Shown here one piece after another: positions 12,594 to 25,564 of a DNA stretch of 64,000 nt. Both the position numbers and the translations under genes were made by a program. Each line of letters opens with the position of its first letter. Position 1 is the first letter of the stretch. The notes under the pieces were generated by a model, which ran no database searches, was not told where the DNA came from, and saw nothing but the letters and a program-made list of their open reading frames with translations. Where the stretch lies: assembly GCA_964057225.1 (NCBI GenBank), contig OZ059896.1, positions 12,338,001 through 12,402,000 on the forward strand. The letters run 5' to 3'. The stretch comes from Auanema rhodensis (taxonomy: Eukaryota > Animalia > Nematoda).

Positions 12594-14941
12594 CAGGGCT
12601 GGGCGGATACCCGGGTCCGGTCCGGAATTACCCGGTTTTTACGGTATTCAGAAAGTCCGTATTTGCGGATACATTTTCCGGGTATCTGACCGGGTATTCA
12701 TAGTTGTATTGTTAGGCTTTTGTTGAGTTTTTTCTGGTGTATCAAAGCATAGTTGGGCTATAATCTTTTTCTTTAGATGGTTTCTAAGTATATGAAATAT
12801 TTCAAAAAAAGAGGAAACAATTATGTATGTAACAAGTGCAATGAAACATTGTCTGTTCAAAAAGATCATGGCACAAGTCACTTGCGTCGTCATCTTCTGA
12901 ATTTTCATCCAGACTTGATAGAGGTTTTTTGCTCAACTTGTTATATTTATTAGTTTCATGCAGGAAAATACGATGAAAAAAACTCCTAGTTCTGAGAAGA
13001 AACAAATGAATATGGAAGTTTTTTTAAGTTTTTCCAAACAGAAAAATGAAAAAATTGAACGAGCTATTGCTCTAAGGATAGCTACGGATGCCAGACCGTT
13101 TTCAATTGTAGAATCTCCAGGTTTCAAAAATTTAATTCAAACTTTGGACTCTAAGTAAGAACTCAATTCACAATATTATTGTATCTATTTTTCAGTTTGA
13201 AATTGAAAACAAGACAGCACTTTTCTAGAACATTAATTCCATCTTTGTATGAAGAATATAAAGCTAAAGTTTTTGAAAAGCTGCAAGGAGCTTTTTCTTT
13301 CTCCATCACTATTGATGGGTGGGAGAGTTCCAACTCCAAACACAGTCTTTTTGCAGTTGCAATCCATTTTCTGGATAAAATAACGCTGGAGCCCCTCTTT
13401 TTCCTACTTGATGCAGTTCCTGTTCGGGGAAGTCATAATGCCGACAATCTTCATCGATGTCTTCTTCAAGCTCTGAGTATTTTCAAAATCGATGAAAACC
13501 ATATAGATTTTTTTGTTCGTGATGGGGCAAATGTGATGAGTGCAATAACCAACAGATTCAAGACTGCTTCTACGTCACATTGCTTTGCTCATCTGATACA
13601 GCTAGTTTTTCATTGTCATTACACATGATTACTGTTTTGTTCAGGCTATGGGAGATGGTCTTAAAGACATTGCAATTGTAGAAGTCAAAGAAAAATTACG
13701 TAAAATAATCAAAAAAATCAGAAGAAGCAGTACTAATCGATTTCAATTTGAATCGTATTTTGAAGAAATAACTCCTAAAACACTTATCAAAGTTTGTTCC
13801 CAGTTTTTTTCCTTAATCATGTGTCTCAGGATGTTGAAGTTAGGTGGTGTAGCATTTTTAATATGGTTAGTCGCGCGTTGGAAGTTAAAAATGAACTAGA
13901 AGCTTTTCTTGAGAACAATGAAGAGTTAGTAAGATATAATTCCCTTTCATACTCTGATTTAGTTACCCACAACTCACGAAAAAAAATTGGGATCTGTTAG
14001 TAGATCTCAAAGAGCTTCTGCAACCATTTTCAGAGATAACACTCAAGCTCCAAAACAGAAATTCTAGTATTTCCATGGTAACATCATTCTTAAAATAGAC
14101 TAGTTGGAAAAATGTTAAGGTTATTCCTATGGCTGAATTCTTGAGATCGAAGCTAGAATGTACCACGATTTCAACTATTACTTTAAAAAGCGCTAGAACA
14201 AAGCTTCTTGATAGTTTGAAAAAACGGTTGCAAGCATATTTACTTCAAAGTTCTCACGCCGTTATAGCAACTTTCTTAGATCCTCGGTTTAAAGATCGTC
14301 ATTTAAATACAAAACAAAAGGTTATTTTGTGCTTCCTATTTTAACAATTTTTTGTGCTTAGGAGTTTGTATATTCATTTTTAAATGAGAAAAACACTGCC
14401 GATACTCAAGTTGCTCGAATCAATAAAAATGATGTATCCGATGATGTTACGAGTTCATCTTTTGAAAATTGGAACATCAGAAATTTTGGGAATAAGAATG
14501 ACCAACCGGTTTCTGAAATACTTTGAATACACTTATTGATAACGTTTTCAGGAGATTGAAAGGTACATAAGCCAATCAATATCAACCACGAATGAAGCTT
14601 ACGCTTATTGGGCTGAAAACAAAGAGTTTCCTTTTTTGAAATCAATAGCTATGAAGTATTTGGGATGTCCCGCAACATCAGCTGAGGTTGAACGCATATT
14701 CAGTAGTAGCGGGTTAATTTTGAATGATCTTAGATCATCGCTCTCTGATTCTAATTTGTCAAAATTAACATTTCTTAGAACAAATGTTCCTTTGCTCGGT
14801 TATGATTAAATAAATTTTCAAAATTTAAACGTTTTAGCTAATTTTTTCATTTGAGAAAGTCTGGTCCGTTACCCGGCGGGTATTTGGGTAAAACACGGGT
14901 ACCCGGTCCGTTTCGAAAATTCTAGTATCTGCCCAGCCCTG
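12594..14941 (+). mobile_element. hAT DNA transposon, full length
   Basis: TIRs CAGGGCTGGGC(G/A)GATAC, subterminal ACCCGG repeats, 8-bp TSD ATGTACAA (12586-12593, 14942-14949). The site is empty in the other array units (for example 19531). Confidence 0.97.
12777..14809 (+). CDS. hAT transposase, 9 exons / 8 short introns, apparently intact
   Basis: Manual splicing gives an open frame: BED finger (CNKC..GTSHLRRHL..FH), RPFSIVE..GF, ITIDGW, VRDGA, HCFAHLIQL, DVEVRWCS, ATFLDPRFK, PATSAEVERIFS dimerisation domain. TAA overlaps AATAAA. Confidence 0.85.
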
Positions 14942-14949
14942 ATGTACAA

Positions 14950-16783
14950 GTGGTTGATTAAGGTTTTCAGCTTCAAACTACCAGTCAGACAACTGTAATA
15001 GGTGCTACCCAATGCGTTAAAACAACCCTCATAAAGCATACACTCGTGGCCATAAATTCTCGGCAGGTGGTGCCTCGACGAAAAAAAAATATATTTATAT
15101 CTTGAGTTAGGGAGCATGAACTTTGATAATTATTTCGCTGAATTGTAGACAAAACCTTACTTTATCATTTTAGAACATGACAAGGGTTTTTCTTGTTTCT
15201 GAAGATCTAAGAAAATCAGTTCTACAATCACATGCATCTGGCATGACCCAAGTTGCTGTTGGACGTCTTCTGGGTGTCCCAAGGTCTACAGTAGGAGATA
15301 TCGTCAGGAAAGGACATTCTAGAGATGACGGAAGACTACAGAATCAAGGAAGACCAAGATATACCACAGAACGAGAAAACAATGTGATAAGAAGGTTGGC
15401 TGTCATTAATCCCTTCACGACGTCTCAGGAAATCCGTGAATAGCTGAAGTTGCTAAAGCCCAACGTTTGCTCCGCTAGGACAATCCGTACCAGGTTGTTC
15501 GCACAAGGGTTACGTTCCCACTCCTCGGCCAAAAAACCTCTACTTTCTATGAGGAACGTCAAAAAGCGTCTGGAATTCGCTATGGAGCACGTGAACTGGA
15601 CCCAGGAGCAATGGAAGAAATGCATCTGGACGGATGAATGCAAGTTCATGTTGGCTGGGAATGGTGGAGCAAGGAGAGTCAGACGTCCCACTGGCTTCTG
15701 GTACATAGAAGATACACGACTGGCACCACCAAGTTTGGTGAAGGCACAGTGATGGTGTGGGGAGCCTTCACGTCATCTGAAGTTGGTCCCTTGCGCCAAA
15801 TATCCCAAAATTTTGTAGAGGATTTATCTATCAGCAGGATAACGACCCAAAACACACGTCACGTGTTGCCAAGGAGTGGATGGCTAGTAACGGGGTGACG
15901 CTGATGAACTGGCCTCCACAGAGCCCTGACCTCAACCCGATTGAAAATTTGTGCTCGATATTGAAGTGAAGGGTCAGAGGAACGAACTGCAAGAAAATGG
16001 ATGAAAAAATGAAGATCCTGAGGGAAACCTGGAAGAAATTGCCACGAAGACTTCTGGAAAAACTAGTTGCATCAATGCCACAAAGATGCAAAGCGGTGAT
16101 TGAAGCTAGAGGACATGGGAAACGATATTAAGTATTTTTTTAGTTTCTTAATAGTTCAAAGTATTGTTTTTACTATTTTTATTCGGAAAATATTTTTTAT
16201 GATTTTTTGAAATTTTAAAATTTTTTGGTTATCTGTTCATATTCCATAAATCATTCTAATGAAAATTTTGGACTTAAAACGTGGAGAAAACCTATTGAAG
16301 TTGGAGAATAAAGTTCAAAACAGTTAAATGAAGTAGATTAAACTCGAATAATTGTGAAAGTTTTGGGGGTGCCGAGAATTTATAGCCACGAGTGAAAATA
16401 CTGAAAAGTTTTTCAACGTCCCCATTGATAGAATATTCTGGTTCAGTCAATATGTGTCATCGTCAGGTGTACCAATAAATGATGAGCGTTTAATAATTAT
16501 TCAAGAGCCGCCTGATCCTGATTTAAAAGACGAACAAAAGGGAGTAAATACTAGTGCTGGATGATTTGAACTTTTTTTCATCGAATAAAGCAGCAAAGGA
16601 ATTACTCAACAACATTTTCACAGTATCGGCTCATCACTGGGCGTATGATGGTGCAATGCCTACTCCCATCATTCATTTACTGATTGACAATCATCCTTTG
16701 ACAAGTGAGAAGCAGCGTATACTATCTGATATAACAGCGGAGAACCCTATTGTTTATATAGCCAGAAATGTGTTTAGTGTTTA
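14950..16783 (+). pseudogene. Maverick packaging ATPase remnant interrupted by Tc1-B (repeated in each array unit)
   Basis: GATQCVKTT upstream of the Tc1; LVLDDL, NNIFTVSAHH and HLLIDNHP downstream. Matches the uninterrupted copy at 47392-47910. Confidence 0.8.
15041..16394 (+). mobile_element. Tc1-family transposon B with both TIRs, defective
   Basis: TIRs CACTCGTGGC(C/T)ATAAATTCTCGGCA, left TA. Stop at 15441, frameshifts and an internal deletion. Confidence 0.95.
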
Positions 16784-16884
16784 AAGTGCATGTTCAATGA
16801 GTGGTCGTATTTTGTCAATTTTCAACTTTTTGTCTTCTTGCGCCAAAACTCCTTGTTCTGTTTCCTCATTTTCTTCCGCACAAA

Positions 16885-17020
16885 AGGATCAGGTGGAAAA
16901 ACTTGTCAGTATTTTTACATATACGTTTTATAAGGGGAGTTTTACCACATTGCGTAGCCCTTATTACAGTTGTCTGACTGGGTAGTGTGAAGCTGAAAAC
17001 CATAATGAACCACTTGTAAA
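16885..17020 (-). pseudogene. Second, inverted Maverick ATPase N-terminal fragment
   Basis: The reverse strand reads GATQCGKTPLIKRICKNTDKFF (intact Walker A). Confidence 0.75.
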
Positions 17021-17078
17021 TGTACCTATAATGCAAATGATTTTATTTATACTAGTGTGCATCAGGTGGTGGTCTGTG

Positions 17079-17592
17079 ATGGATGATTTTTACATTACTT
17101 TGCCGTCACCAGTTGACTTTGAAAAAAGTAATACCTCATCAGTGTTTCTTACCAGGTTACCTGAAACATTAAGGCTACGCAATAAGAGATATTTCATTGG
17201 GCTGACAGACATAATTTTTCCTTGTTCGATATTAAACGTCCGAGAAAATCTTTCTTATACACTACGTTTTTCTAACAGAAAGTTTATTCTGCACTTGCCC
17301 AAAGGCAACTATGCAAATGATGATGAAATAATAAGCGGAATCAATGCTGGAAAAGAACAATTCATCGCTAGCAGCACTAAATCTCTTGGAGCTGAGGAAG
17401 AAGCACGTATAAAGGGTTTGATTGATAAGGATAAGGATGTGAAAAAGTGGTATAATAATCGCCACAAGTAAGCGGCTATTATTGAATGCAACACTCGGTG
17501 ATGCTCTCGCTTATTTTCTTGGCTTTGAGAATAAAATTATCAACGATACGTTAATAGCCATGCGCCCCATTGATTTTTCAAATAACATTAAT

Positions 17593-17626
<34 letters not shown>

Positions 17627-17706
17627 GATATTGTAGAATATTCCATTCTCGGTAATGTGAAAGCCAACTTACTTGCATGTTTACCTGTACCGCCTCCCAC
17701 TGAATT
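17079..17706 (+). pseudogene. Maverick minor capsid (penton), truncated (also ~21668-22287 and ~26249-26868)
   Basis: MDDFYITLPS..NTSSVFLTRLP..L.L..Y.IGLTDIIFP and YIYCDIVE, typical Polinton penton motifs. Confidence 0.8.
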
Positions 17707-17729
17707 TTTAATTGCGCCATTTCTGAGCG

Positions 17730-19410
17730 AAATGGCGCAATTAAAGACGGATTTGTTGATCGTTTAAAGCGTTGGCGTGAAGAATCCATGTGATTATTCA
17801 GATAACTTGTCAGATCCTATAGAGAATATGCCTGCGGATAATCAATAAACGAGACTAGAGTCTCAGTAGTGGATTCAAAAATTGGTGAAGAAAAACAAGA
17901 TTGAGTTGAAGTAGGTGCCGAGGTGTTGCCTAACACAAATGCTGTTTCTAGACTTGATATTAGCAGTGTTTGATCTCCAAGTATTCTATATAAAGGTCCC
18001 ATACGTGTGTATTGACATGGTTCGGAGTGTGCGCGGTTTCCAAACTACTGAACCATCTCCAAATGTACAGCTTCCCATTTGAGCTTCACAGCCTACAGCG
18101 TTGCCAATTAAGTCAGATACAATAGTATTGTCCTTTAAATTTGTAATAACTCCTTGCTCCATCACAAATTGAGTTAGGTTGGCACATTGAGTAAAACTGA
18201 AGGAACGTTCCGGCTCATATACTGGCTTAGGAGTTTCATATGTAAGTGGATTAGGGCTCAACAGTTTTTTATTTTTCCATTTCTTGTCTCGAGCAGCCAT
18301 ACAGCATTCTTCCACAGATACATATCCATTACCAATAATGGTGTCATTGCTTTCTCGGAACCAAAATTGATCCGTTACACAGAATCGATAGATGCGTGTA
18401 TAACATTTCCACGCTTCCCATGTTACGACGGTTTGTTTAGGTATAAAGAATTTAATGTTAACTTGATGAGCTTGTTGAATTGCTTTTCGTTGGCATCCTG
18501 TTATCTCTGGTGGTGTTATCAAAATTCCTCCTTTGTGAGCGAAACATAATTGGTATGAAGCATTCACAGTTGGAAGAAAAAATGTGCAGATTATTGTTGT
18601 GAGCATGAATGGTAATGCAATAGTATTTATATTGAATTGAGGTTTCCATCGTCTTTGATTGTCTTGATTCTCTTTTGGATACTTGTCTCTATTTTCTCTT
18701 GGACAGTTGTCTCTATTTTCTCTTGGACAGTTGTCTCTATTTTCTCTTAGGTAGTTGTCTCCTCAAGATTCTCTTGGATAGTTGTTGCGATTATTCCTAG
18801 AAAAGTTGTCCCGATTTTCTCTTGGATAATTGTTGCGAGGTTCTCTCGTATGATGATGACTCTCCATTGAGTAGTTGTTTCCATAATTTTGTCGAGGGCC
18901 AGAATTCCTGTTGAACTTATTTTTGAAACTCTTCCAAGGATTTCTTGAATTGTTGCCATTGTTCCGTTCAAAATCTCGTGGCTGTTGATGGCTTCTTTGG
19001 TTCCTAATTTTGTTCATGGTGATCTTCTGAACTGCAGAAATCAACTCTTGCATGGTAGAGTTTTCTTCATGCTGTTTCCTATAATTAGCACGAATTGCTT
19101 CTTCAAAACGTGCTGTTCTCTTGGCTTCCTCATAAGTTTTTGGGTCTTTTCCTTGAACAATTATGCCTGAATCGGCATTCAATCTATTTAAGAAAGCTGA
19201 TCTTAATATGAGCTCTCTTTCTCAATCGGTAGGGTTGTGAAACGAGTTCCTTCCAAGGCCCTCGTTCACGAATTTCCGAATAAATGGAGTTACATGCCGA
19301 GATGGCACAATCATTTTGTTGGAGCAGTAGAGGAAGGAGAAAAATTCTTTCGATTACCGAAAGTCCAGCAGCGTTTGCGAATCGGTTGAATATATCGATG
19401 TAAGATTGCA
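17730..19410 (-). pseudogene. Gypsy gag fused in frame to a class-III-like env N-terminal half
   Basis: Gag (SYIDIFNRFANAAGL; DPKTYEEAKRTARFEE; N/R-rich repeats) continues past one TGA, in frame, into a signal-peptide-like MLTTIICTFFLPTVNA. This is followed by a Cys-rich ectodomain (AWKC..C..VSVEEC..C..GC...GSC.....VVWKP) and a later RFKR furin-like site. Confidence 0.75.
18684..18850 (-). repeat. 24-bp coding tandem repeat (NCPRENRD / NYPRENRD)
   Basis: Repeated tctctattttctcttggacagttg units in the gag tail; present in each array unit. Confidence 0.85.
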
Positions 19411-19629
19411 AGCTTCGACTACCATTTTTCAGAGTCAACTGATTATGGAAGAGTGATGTAAAAATCATCGACAAACCACCACTTGATACGTGTATACTAT
19501 TGCAAATGAAATTATTTGCATTTTAGGTACATGTACAAGTGGTTGATTAAGGTTTTCAGCTTCAAACTACCAGTCAGACAACTGTAATAGGTGCTACCCA
19601 ATGCGTTAAAACAACCCTCATAAAGCATA

Positions 19630-20983
19630 CACTCGTGGCCATAAATTCTCGGCAGGTGGTGCCTCGACGAAAAAAAAAAATATTTATATCTTGAGTTAGG
19701 GAGCATGAATTTTGATAATTATTTCGCTGAATTGTAGACAAAACCTTACTTTATCATTTAAGAACATGACAAGGGTTTTTTTTGTTTCTGAAGATCTAAG
19801 AAAATCAGTTCTACAATCACATGCATCTGGCATGACCCAAGTTGCTGTTGGACGTCTTCTGGGTGTCCCAAGGTCTACAGTAGGAGATATCGTCAGGAAA
19901 GGACATTCTAGAGATGACGGAAGACTACAGAATCAAGGAAGACCAAGATATACCACAGAACGAGAAAACAATGTGATAAGAAGGTTGGCTGTCATTAATC
20001 CCTTCACGACGTCTCAGGAAATCCGTGAATAGCTGAAGTTGCTAAAGCCCAACGTTTGCTCCGCTAGGACAATCCGTACCAGGTTGTTCGCACAAGGGTT
20101 ACGTTCCCACTCCTCGGCCAAAAAACCTCTACTTTCTATGAGGAACGTCAAAAAGCGTCTGGAATTCGCTATGGAGCACGTGAACTGGACCCAGGAGCAA
20201 TGGAAGAAATGCATCTGGACGGATGAATGCAAGTTCATGTTGGCTGGGAATGGTGGAGCAAGGAGAGTCAGACGTCCCACTGGCTTCTGGTACATAGAAG
20301 ATACACGACTGGCACCACCAAGTTTGGTGAAGGCACAGTGATGGTGTGGGGAGCCTTCACGTCATCTGAAGTTGGTCCCTTGCGCCAAATATCCCAAAAT
20401 TTTGTAGAGGATTTATCTATCAGCAGGATAACGACCCAAAACACACGTCACGTGTTGCCAAGGAGTGGATGGCTAGTAACGGGGTGACGCTGATGAACTG
20501 GCCTCCACAGAGCCCTGACCTCAACCCGATTGAAAATTTGTGCTCGATATTGAAGTGAAGGGTCAGAGGAACGAACTGCAAGAAAATGGATGAAAAAATG
20601 AAGATCCTGAGGGAAACCTGGAAGAAATTGCCACGAAGACTTCTGGAAAAACTAGTTGCATCAATGCCACAAAGATGCAAAGCGGTGATTGAAGCTAGAG
20701 GACATGGGAAACGATATTAAGTATTTTTTTAGTTTCTTAATAGTTCAAAGTATTGTTTTTACTATTTTTATTCGGAAAATATTTTTTATGATTTTTTGAA
20801 ATTTTAAAATTTTTTGGTTATCTGTTCATATTCCATAAATCATTCTAATGAAAATTTTGGACTTAAAACGTGGAGAAAACCTATTGAAGTTGGAGAATAA
20901 AGTTCAAAACAGTTAAATGAAGTAGATTAAACTCGAATAATTGTGAAAGTTTTGGGGGTGCCGAGAATTTATAGCCACGAGTG
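19630..20983 (+). mobile_element. Tc1-B, array copy 2
   Basis: Same TIRs and lesions as 15041-16394. Confidence 0.95.
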
Positions 20984-22310
20984 AAAATACTGAAAAGTTT
21001 TTCAACGTCCCCATTGATAGAATATTCTGGTTCAGTCAATATGTGTCATCGTCAGGTGTACCAATAAATGATGAGCGTTTAATAATTATTCAAGAGCCGC
21101 CTGATCCTGATTTAAAAGACGAACAAAAGGGAGTAAATACTAGTGCTGGATGATTTGAACTTTTTTTCATCGAATAAAGCAGCAAAGGAATTACTCAACA
21201 ACATTTTCACAGTATCGGCTCATCACTGGGCGTATGATGGTGCAATGCCTACTCCCATCATTCATTTACTGATTGACAATCATCCTTTGACAAGTGAGAA
21301 GCAGCGTATACTATCTGATATAACAGCGGAGAACCCTATTGTTTATATAGCCAGAAATGTGTTTAGTGTTTAAAGTGCATGTTCAATGAGTGGTCGTATT
21401 TTGTCAATTTTCAACTTTTTGTCTTCTTGCGCCAAAACTCCTTGTTCTGTTTCCTCATTTTCTTCCGCACAAAAGGATCAGGTGGAAAAACTTGTCAGTA
21501 TTTTTACATATACGTTTTATAAGGGGAGTTTTACCACATTGCGTAGCCCTTATTACAGTTGTCTGACTGGGTAGTGTGAAGCTGAAAACCATAATGAACC
21601 ACTTGTAAATGTACCTATAATGCAAATGATTTTATTTATACTAGTGTGCATCAGGTGGTGGTCTGTGATGGATGATTTTTACATTACTTTGCCGTCACCA
21701 GTTGACTTTGAAAAAAGTAATACCTCATCAGTGTTTCTTACCAGGTTACCTGAAACATTAAGGCTACGAAATAATAGATATTTCATTGGGCTGACAGACA
21801 TAATTTTTCCTTGTTCGATATTAAACGTCCGAGAAAATCTTTCTTATACACTACGTTTTTCTAACAGAAAGTTTATTCTGCACTTGCCCAAAGGCAACTA
21901 TGCAAATGATGATGAAATAATAAGCGGAATCAATGCTGGAAAAGAACAATTCATCGCTAGCAGCACTAAATCTCTTGGAGCTGAGGAAGAAGCACGTATA
22001 AAGGGTTTGATTGATAAGGATAAGGATGTGAAAAAGTGGTATAATAATCGCCACAAGTAAGCGGCTATTATTGAATGCAACACTCGGTGATGCTCTCGCT
22101 TATTTTCTTGGCTTTGAGAATAAAATTATCAACGATACGTTAATAGCCATGCGCCCCATTGATTTTTCAAATAACATTAATACAATATATATATATATAT
22201 ATATTGTGATATTGTAGAATATTCCATTCTCGGTAATGTGAAAGCCAACTTACTTGCATGTTTACCTGTACCGCCTCCCACTGAATTTTTAATTGCGCCA
22301 TTTCTGAGCG

Positions 22311-23991
22311 AAATGGCGCAATTAAAGACGGATTTGTTGATCGTTTAAAGCGTTGGCGTGAAGAATCCATGTGATTATTCAGATAACTTGTCAGATCCTA
22401 TAGAGAATATGCCTGCGGATAATCAATAAACGAGACTAGAGTCTCAGTAGTGGATTCAAAAATTGGTGAAGAAAAACAAGATTGAGTTGAAGTAGGTGCC
22501 GAGGTGTTGCCTAACACAAATGCTGTTTCTAGACTTGATATTAGCAGTGTTTGATCTCCAAGTATTCTATATAAAGGTCCCATACGTGTGTATTGACATG
22601 GTTCGGAGTGTGCGCGGTTTCCAAACTACTGAACCATCTCCAAATGTACAGCTTCCCATTTGAGCTTCACAGCCTACAGCGTTGCCAATTAAGTCAGATA
22701 CAATAGTATTGTCCTTTAAATTTGTAATAACTCCTTGCTCCATCACAAATTGAGTTAGGTTGGCACATTGAGTAAAACTGAAGGAACGTTCCGGCTCATA
22801 TACTGGCTTAGGAGTTTCATATGTAAGTGGATTAGGGCTCAACAGTTTTTTATTTTTCCATTTCTTGTCTCGAGCAGCCATACAGCATTCTTCCACAGAT
22901 ACATATCCATTACCAATAATGGTGTCATTGCTTTCTCGGAACCAAAATTGATCCGTTACACAGAATCGATAGATGCGTGTATAACATTTCCACGCTTCCC
23001 ATGTTACGACGGTTTGTTTAGGTATAAAGAATTTAATGTTAACTTGATGAGCTTGTTGAATTGCTTTTCGTTGGCATCCTGTTATCTCTGGTGGTGTTAT
23101 CAAAATTCCTCCTTTGTGAGCGAAACATAATTGGTATGAAGCATTCACAGTTGGAAGAAAAAATGTGCAGATTATTGTTGTGAGCATGAATGGTAATGCA
23201 ATAGTATTTATATTGAATTGAGGTTTCCATCGTCTTTGATTGTCTTGATTCTCTTTTGGATACTTGTCTCTATTTTCTCTTGGACAGTTGTCTCTATTTT
23301 CTCTTGGACAGTTGTCTCTATTTTCTCTTAGGTAGTTGTCTCCTCAAGATTCTCTTGGATAGTTGTTGCGATTATTCCTAGAAAAGTTGTCCCGATTTTC
23401 TCTTGGATAATTGTTGCGAGGTTCTCTCGTATGATGATGACTCTCCATTGAGTAGTTGTTTCCATAATTTTGTCGAGGGCCAGAATTCCTGTTGAACTTA
23501 TTTTTGAAACTCTTCCAAGGATTTCTTGAATTGTTGCCATTGTTCCGTTCAAAATCTCGTGGCTGTTGATGGCTTCTTTGGTTCCTAATTTTGTTCATGG
23601 TGATCTTCTGAACTGCAGAAATCAACTCTTGCATGGTAGAGTTTTCTTCATGCTGTTTCCTATAATTAGCACGAATTGCTTCTTCAAAACGTGCTGTTCT
23701 CTTGGCTTCCTCATAAGTTTTTGGGTCTTTTCCTTGAACAATTATGCCTGAATCGGCATTCAATCTATTTAAGAAAGCTGATCTTAATATGAGCTCTCTT
23801 TCTCAATCGGTAGGGTTGTGAAACGAGTTCCTTCCAAGGCCCTCGTTCACGAATTTCCGAATAAATGGAGTTACATGCCGAGATGGCACAATCATTTTGT
23901 TGGAGCAGTAGAGGAAGGAGAAAAATTCTTTCGATTACCGAAAGTCCAGCAGCGTTTGCGAATCGGTTGAATATATCGATGTAAGATTGCA
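22311..23991 (-). pseudogene. Gypsy gag-env fragment, array copy 2
   Basis: ORFs identical to those in 17730-19410. Confidence 0.75.
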
Positions 23992-24210
23992 AGCTTCGAC
24001 TACCATTTTTCAGAGTCAACTGATTATGGAAGAGTGATGTAAAAATCATCGACAAACCACCACTTGATACGTGTATACTATTGCAAATGAAATTATTTGC
24101 ATTTTAGGTACATGTACAAGTGGTTGATTAAGGTTTTCAGCTTCAAACTACCAGTCAGACAACTGTAATAGGTGCTACCCAATGCGTTAAAACAACCCTC
24201 ATAAAGCATA

Positions 24211-25564
24211 CACTCGTGGCCATAAATTCTCGGCAGGTGGTGCCTCGACGAAAAAAAAAAATATTTATATCTTGAGTTAGGGAGCATGAATTTTGATAAT
24301 TATTTCGCTGAATTGTAGACAAAACCTTACTTTATCATTTAAGAACATGACAAGGGTTTTTTTTGTTTCTGAAGATCTAAGAAAATCAGTTCTACAATCA
24401 CATGCATCTGGCATGACCCAAGTTGCTGTTGGACGTCTTCTGGGTGTCCCAAGGTCTACAGTAGGAGATATCGTCAGGAAAGGACATTCTAGAGATGACG
24501 GAAGACTACAGAATCAAGGAAGACCAAGATATACCACAGAACGAGAAAACAATGTGATAAGAAGGTTGGCTGTCATTAATCCCTTCACGACGTCTCAGGA
24601 AATCCGTGAATAGCTGAAGTTGCTAAAGCCCAACGTTTGCTCCGCTAGGACAATCCGTACCAGGTTGTTCGCACAAGGGTTACGTTCCCACTCCTCGGCC
24701 AAAAAACCTCTACTTTCTATGAGGAACGTCAAAAAGCGTCTGGAATTCGCTATGGAGCACGTGAACTGGACCCAGGAGCAATGGAAGAAATGCATCTGGA
24801 CGGATGAATGCAAGTTCATGTTGGCTGGGAATGGTGGAGCAAGGAGAGTCAGACGTCCCACTGGCTTCTGGTACATAGAAGATACACGACTGGCACCACC
24901 AAGTTTGGTGAAGGCACAGTGATGGTGTGGGGAGCCTTCACGTCATCTGAAGTTGGTCCCTTGCGCCAAATATCCCAAAATTTTGTAGAGGATTTATCTA
25001 TCAGCAGGATAACGACCCAAAACACACGTCACGTGTTGCCAAGGAGTGGATGGCTAGTAACGGGGTGACGCTGATGAACTGGCCTCCACAGAGCCCTGAC
25101 CTCAACCCGATTGAAAATTTGTGCTCGATATTGAAGTGAAGGGTCAGAGGAACGAACTGCAAGAAAATGGATGAAAAAATGAAGATCCTGAGGGAAACCT
25201 GGAAGAAATTGCCACGAAGACTTCTGGAAAAACTAGTTGCATCAATGCCACAAAGATGCAAAGCGGTGATTGAAGCTAGAGGACATGGGAAACGATATTA
25301 AGTATTTTTTTAGTTTCTTAATAGTTCAAAGTATTGTTTTTACTATTTTTATTCGGAAAATATTTTTTATGATTTTTTGAAATTTTAAAATTTTTTGGTT
25401 ATCTGTTCATATTCCATAAATCATTCTAATGAAAATTTTGGACTTAAAACGTGGAGAAAACCTATTGAAGTTGGAGAATAAAGTTCAAAACAGTTAAATG
25501 AAGTAGATTAAACTCGAATAATTGTGAAAGTTTTGGGGGTGCCGAGAATTTATAGCCACGAGTG
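24211..25564 (+). mobile_element. Tc1-B, array copy 3
   Basis: Same TIRs and lesions. Confidence 0.95.

Noticed and set aside
17986-18606. The glycoprotein as the Maverick's own fusogen
   Set aside because: It is in frame with gag and upstream of a retropepsin, and its joints to Maverick genes are mid-gene breakpoints with scars. Not fully excluded without a phylogeny.
18684-18850. Regular short repeats as a CRISPR-like array (also 4380-4570)
   Set aside because: Head-to-tail coding repeats with no unique spacers, no cas genes, eukaryotic context.
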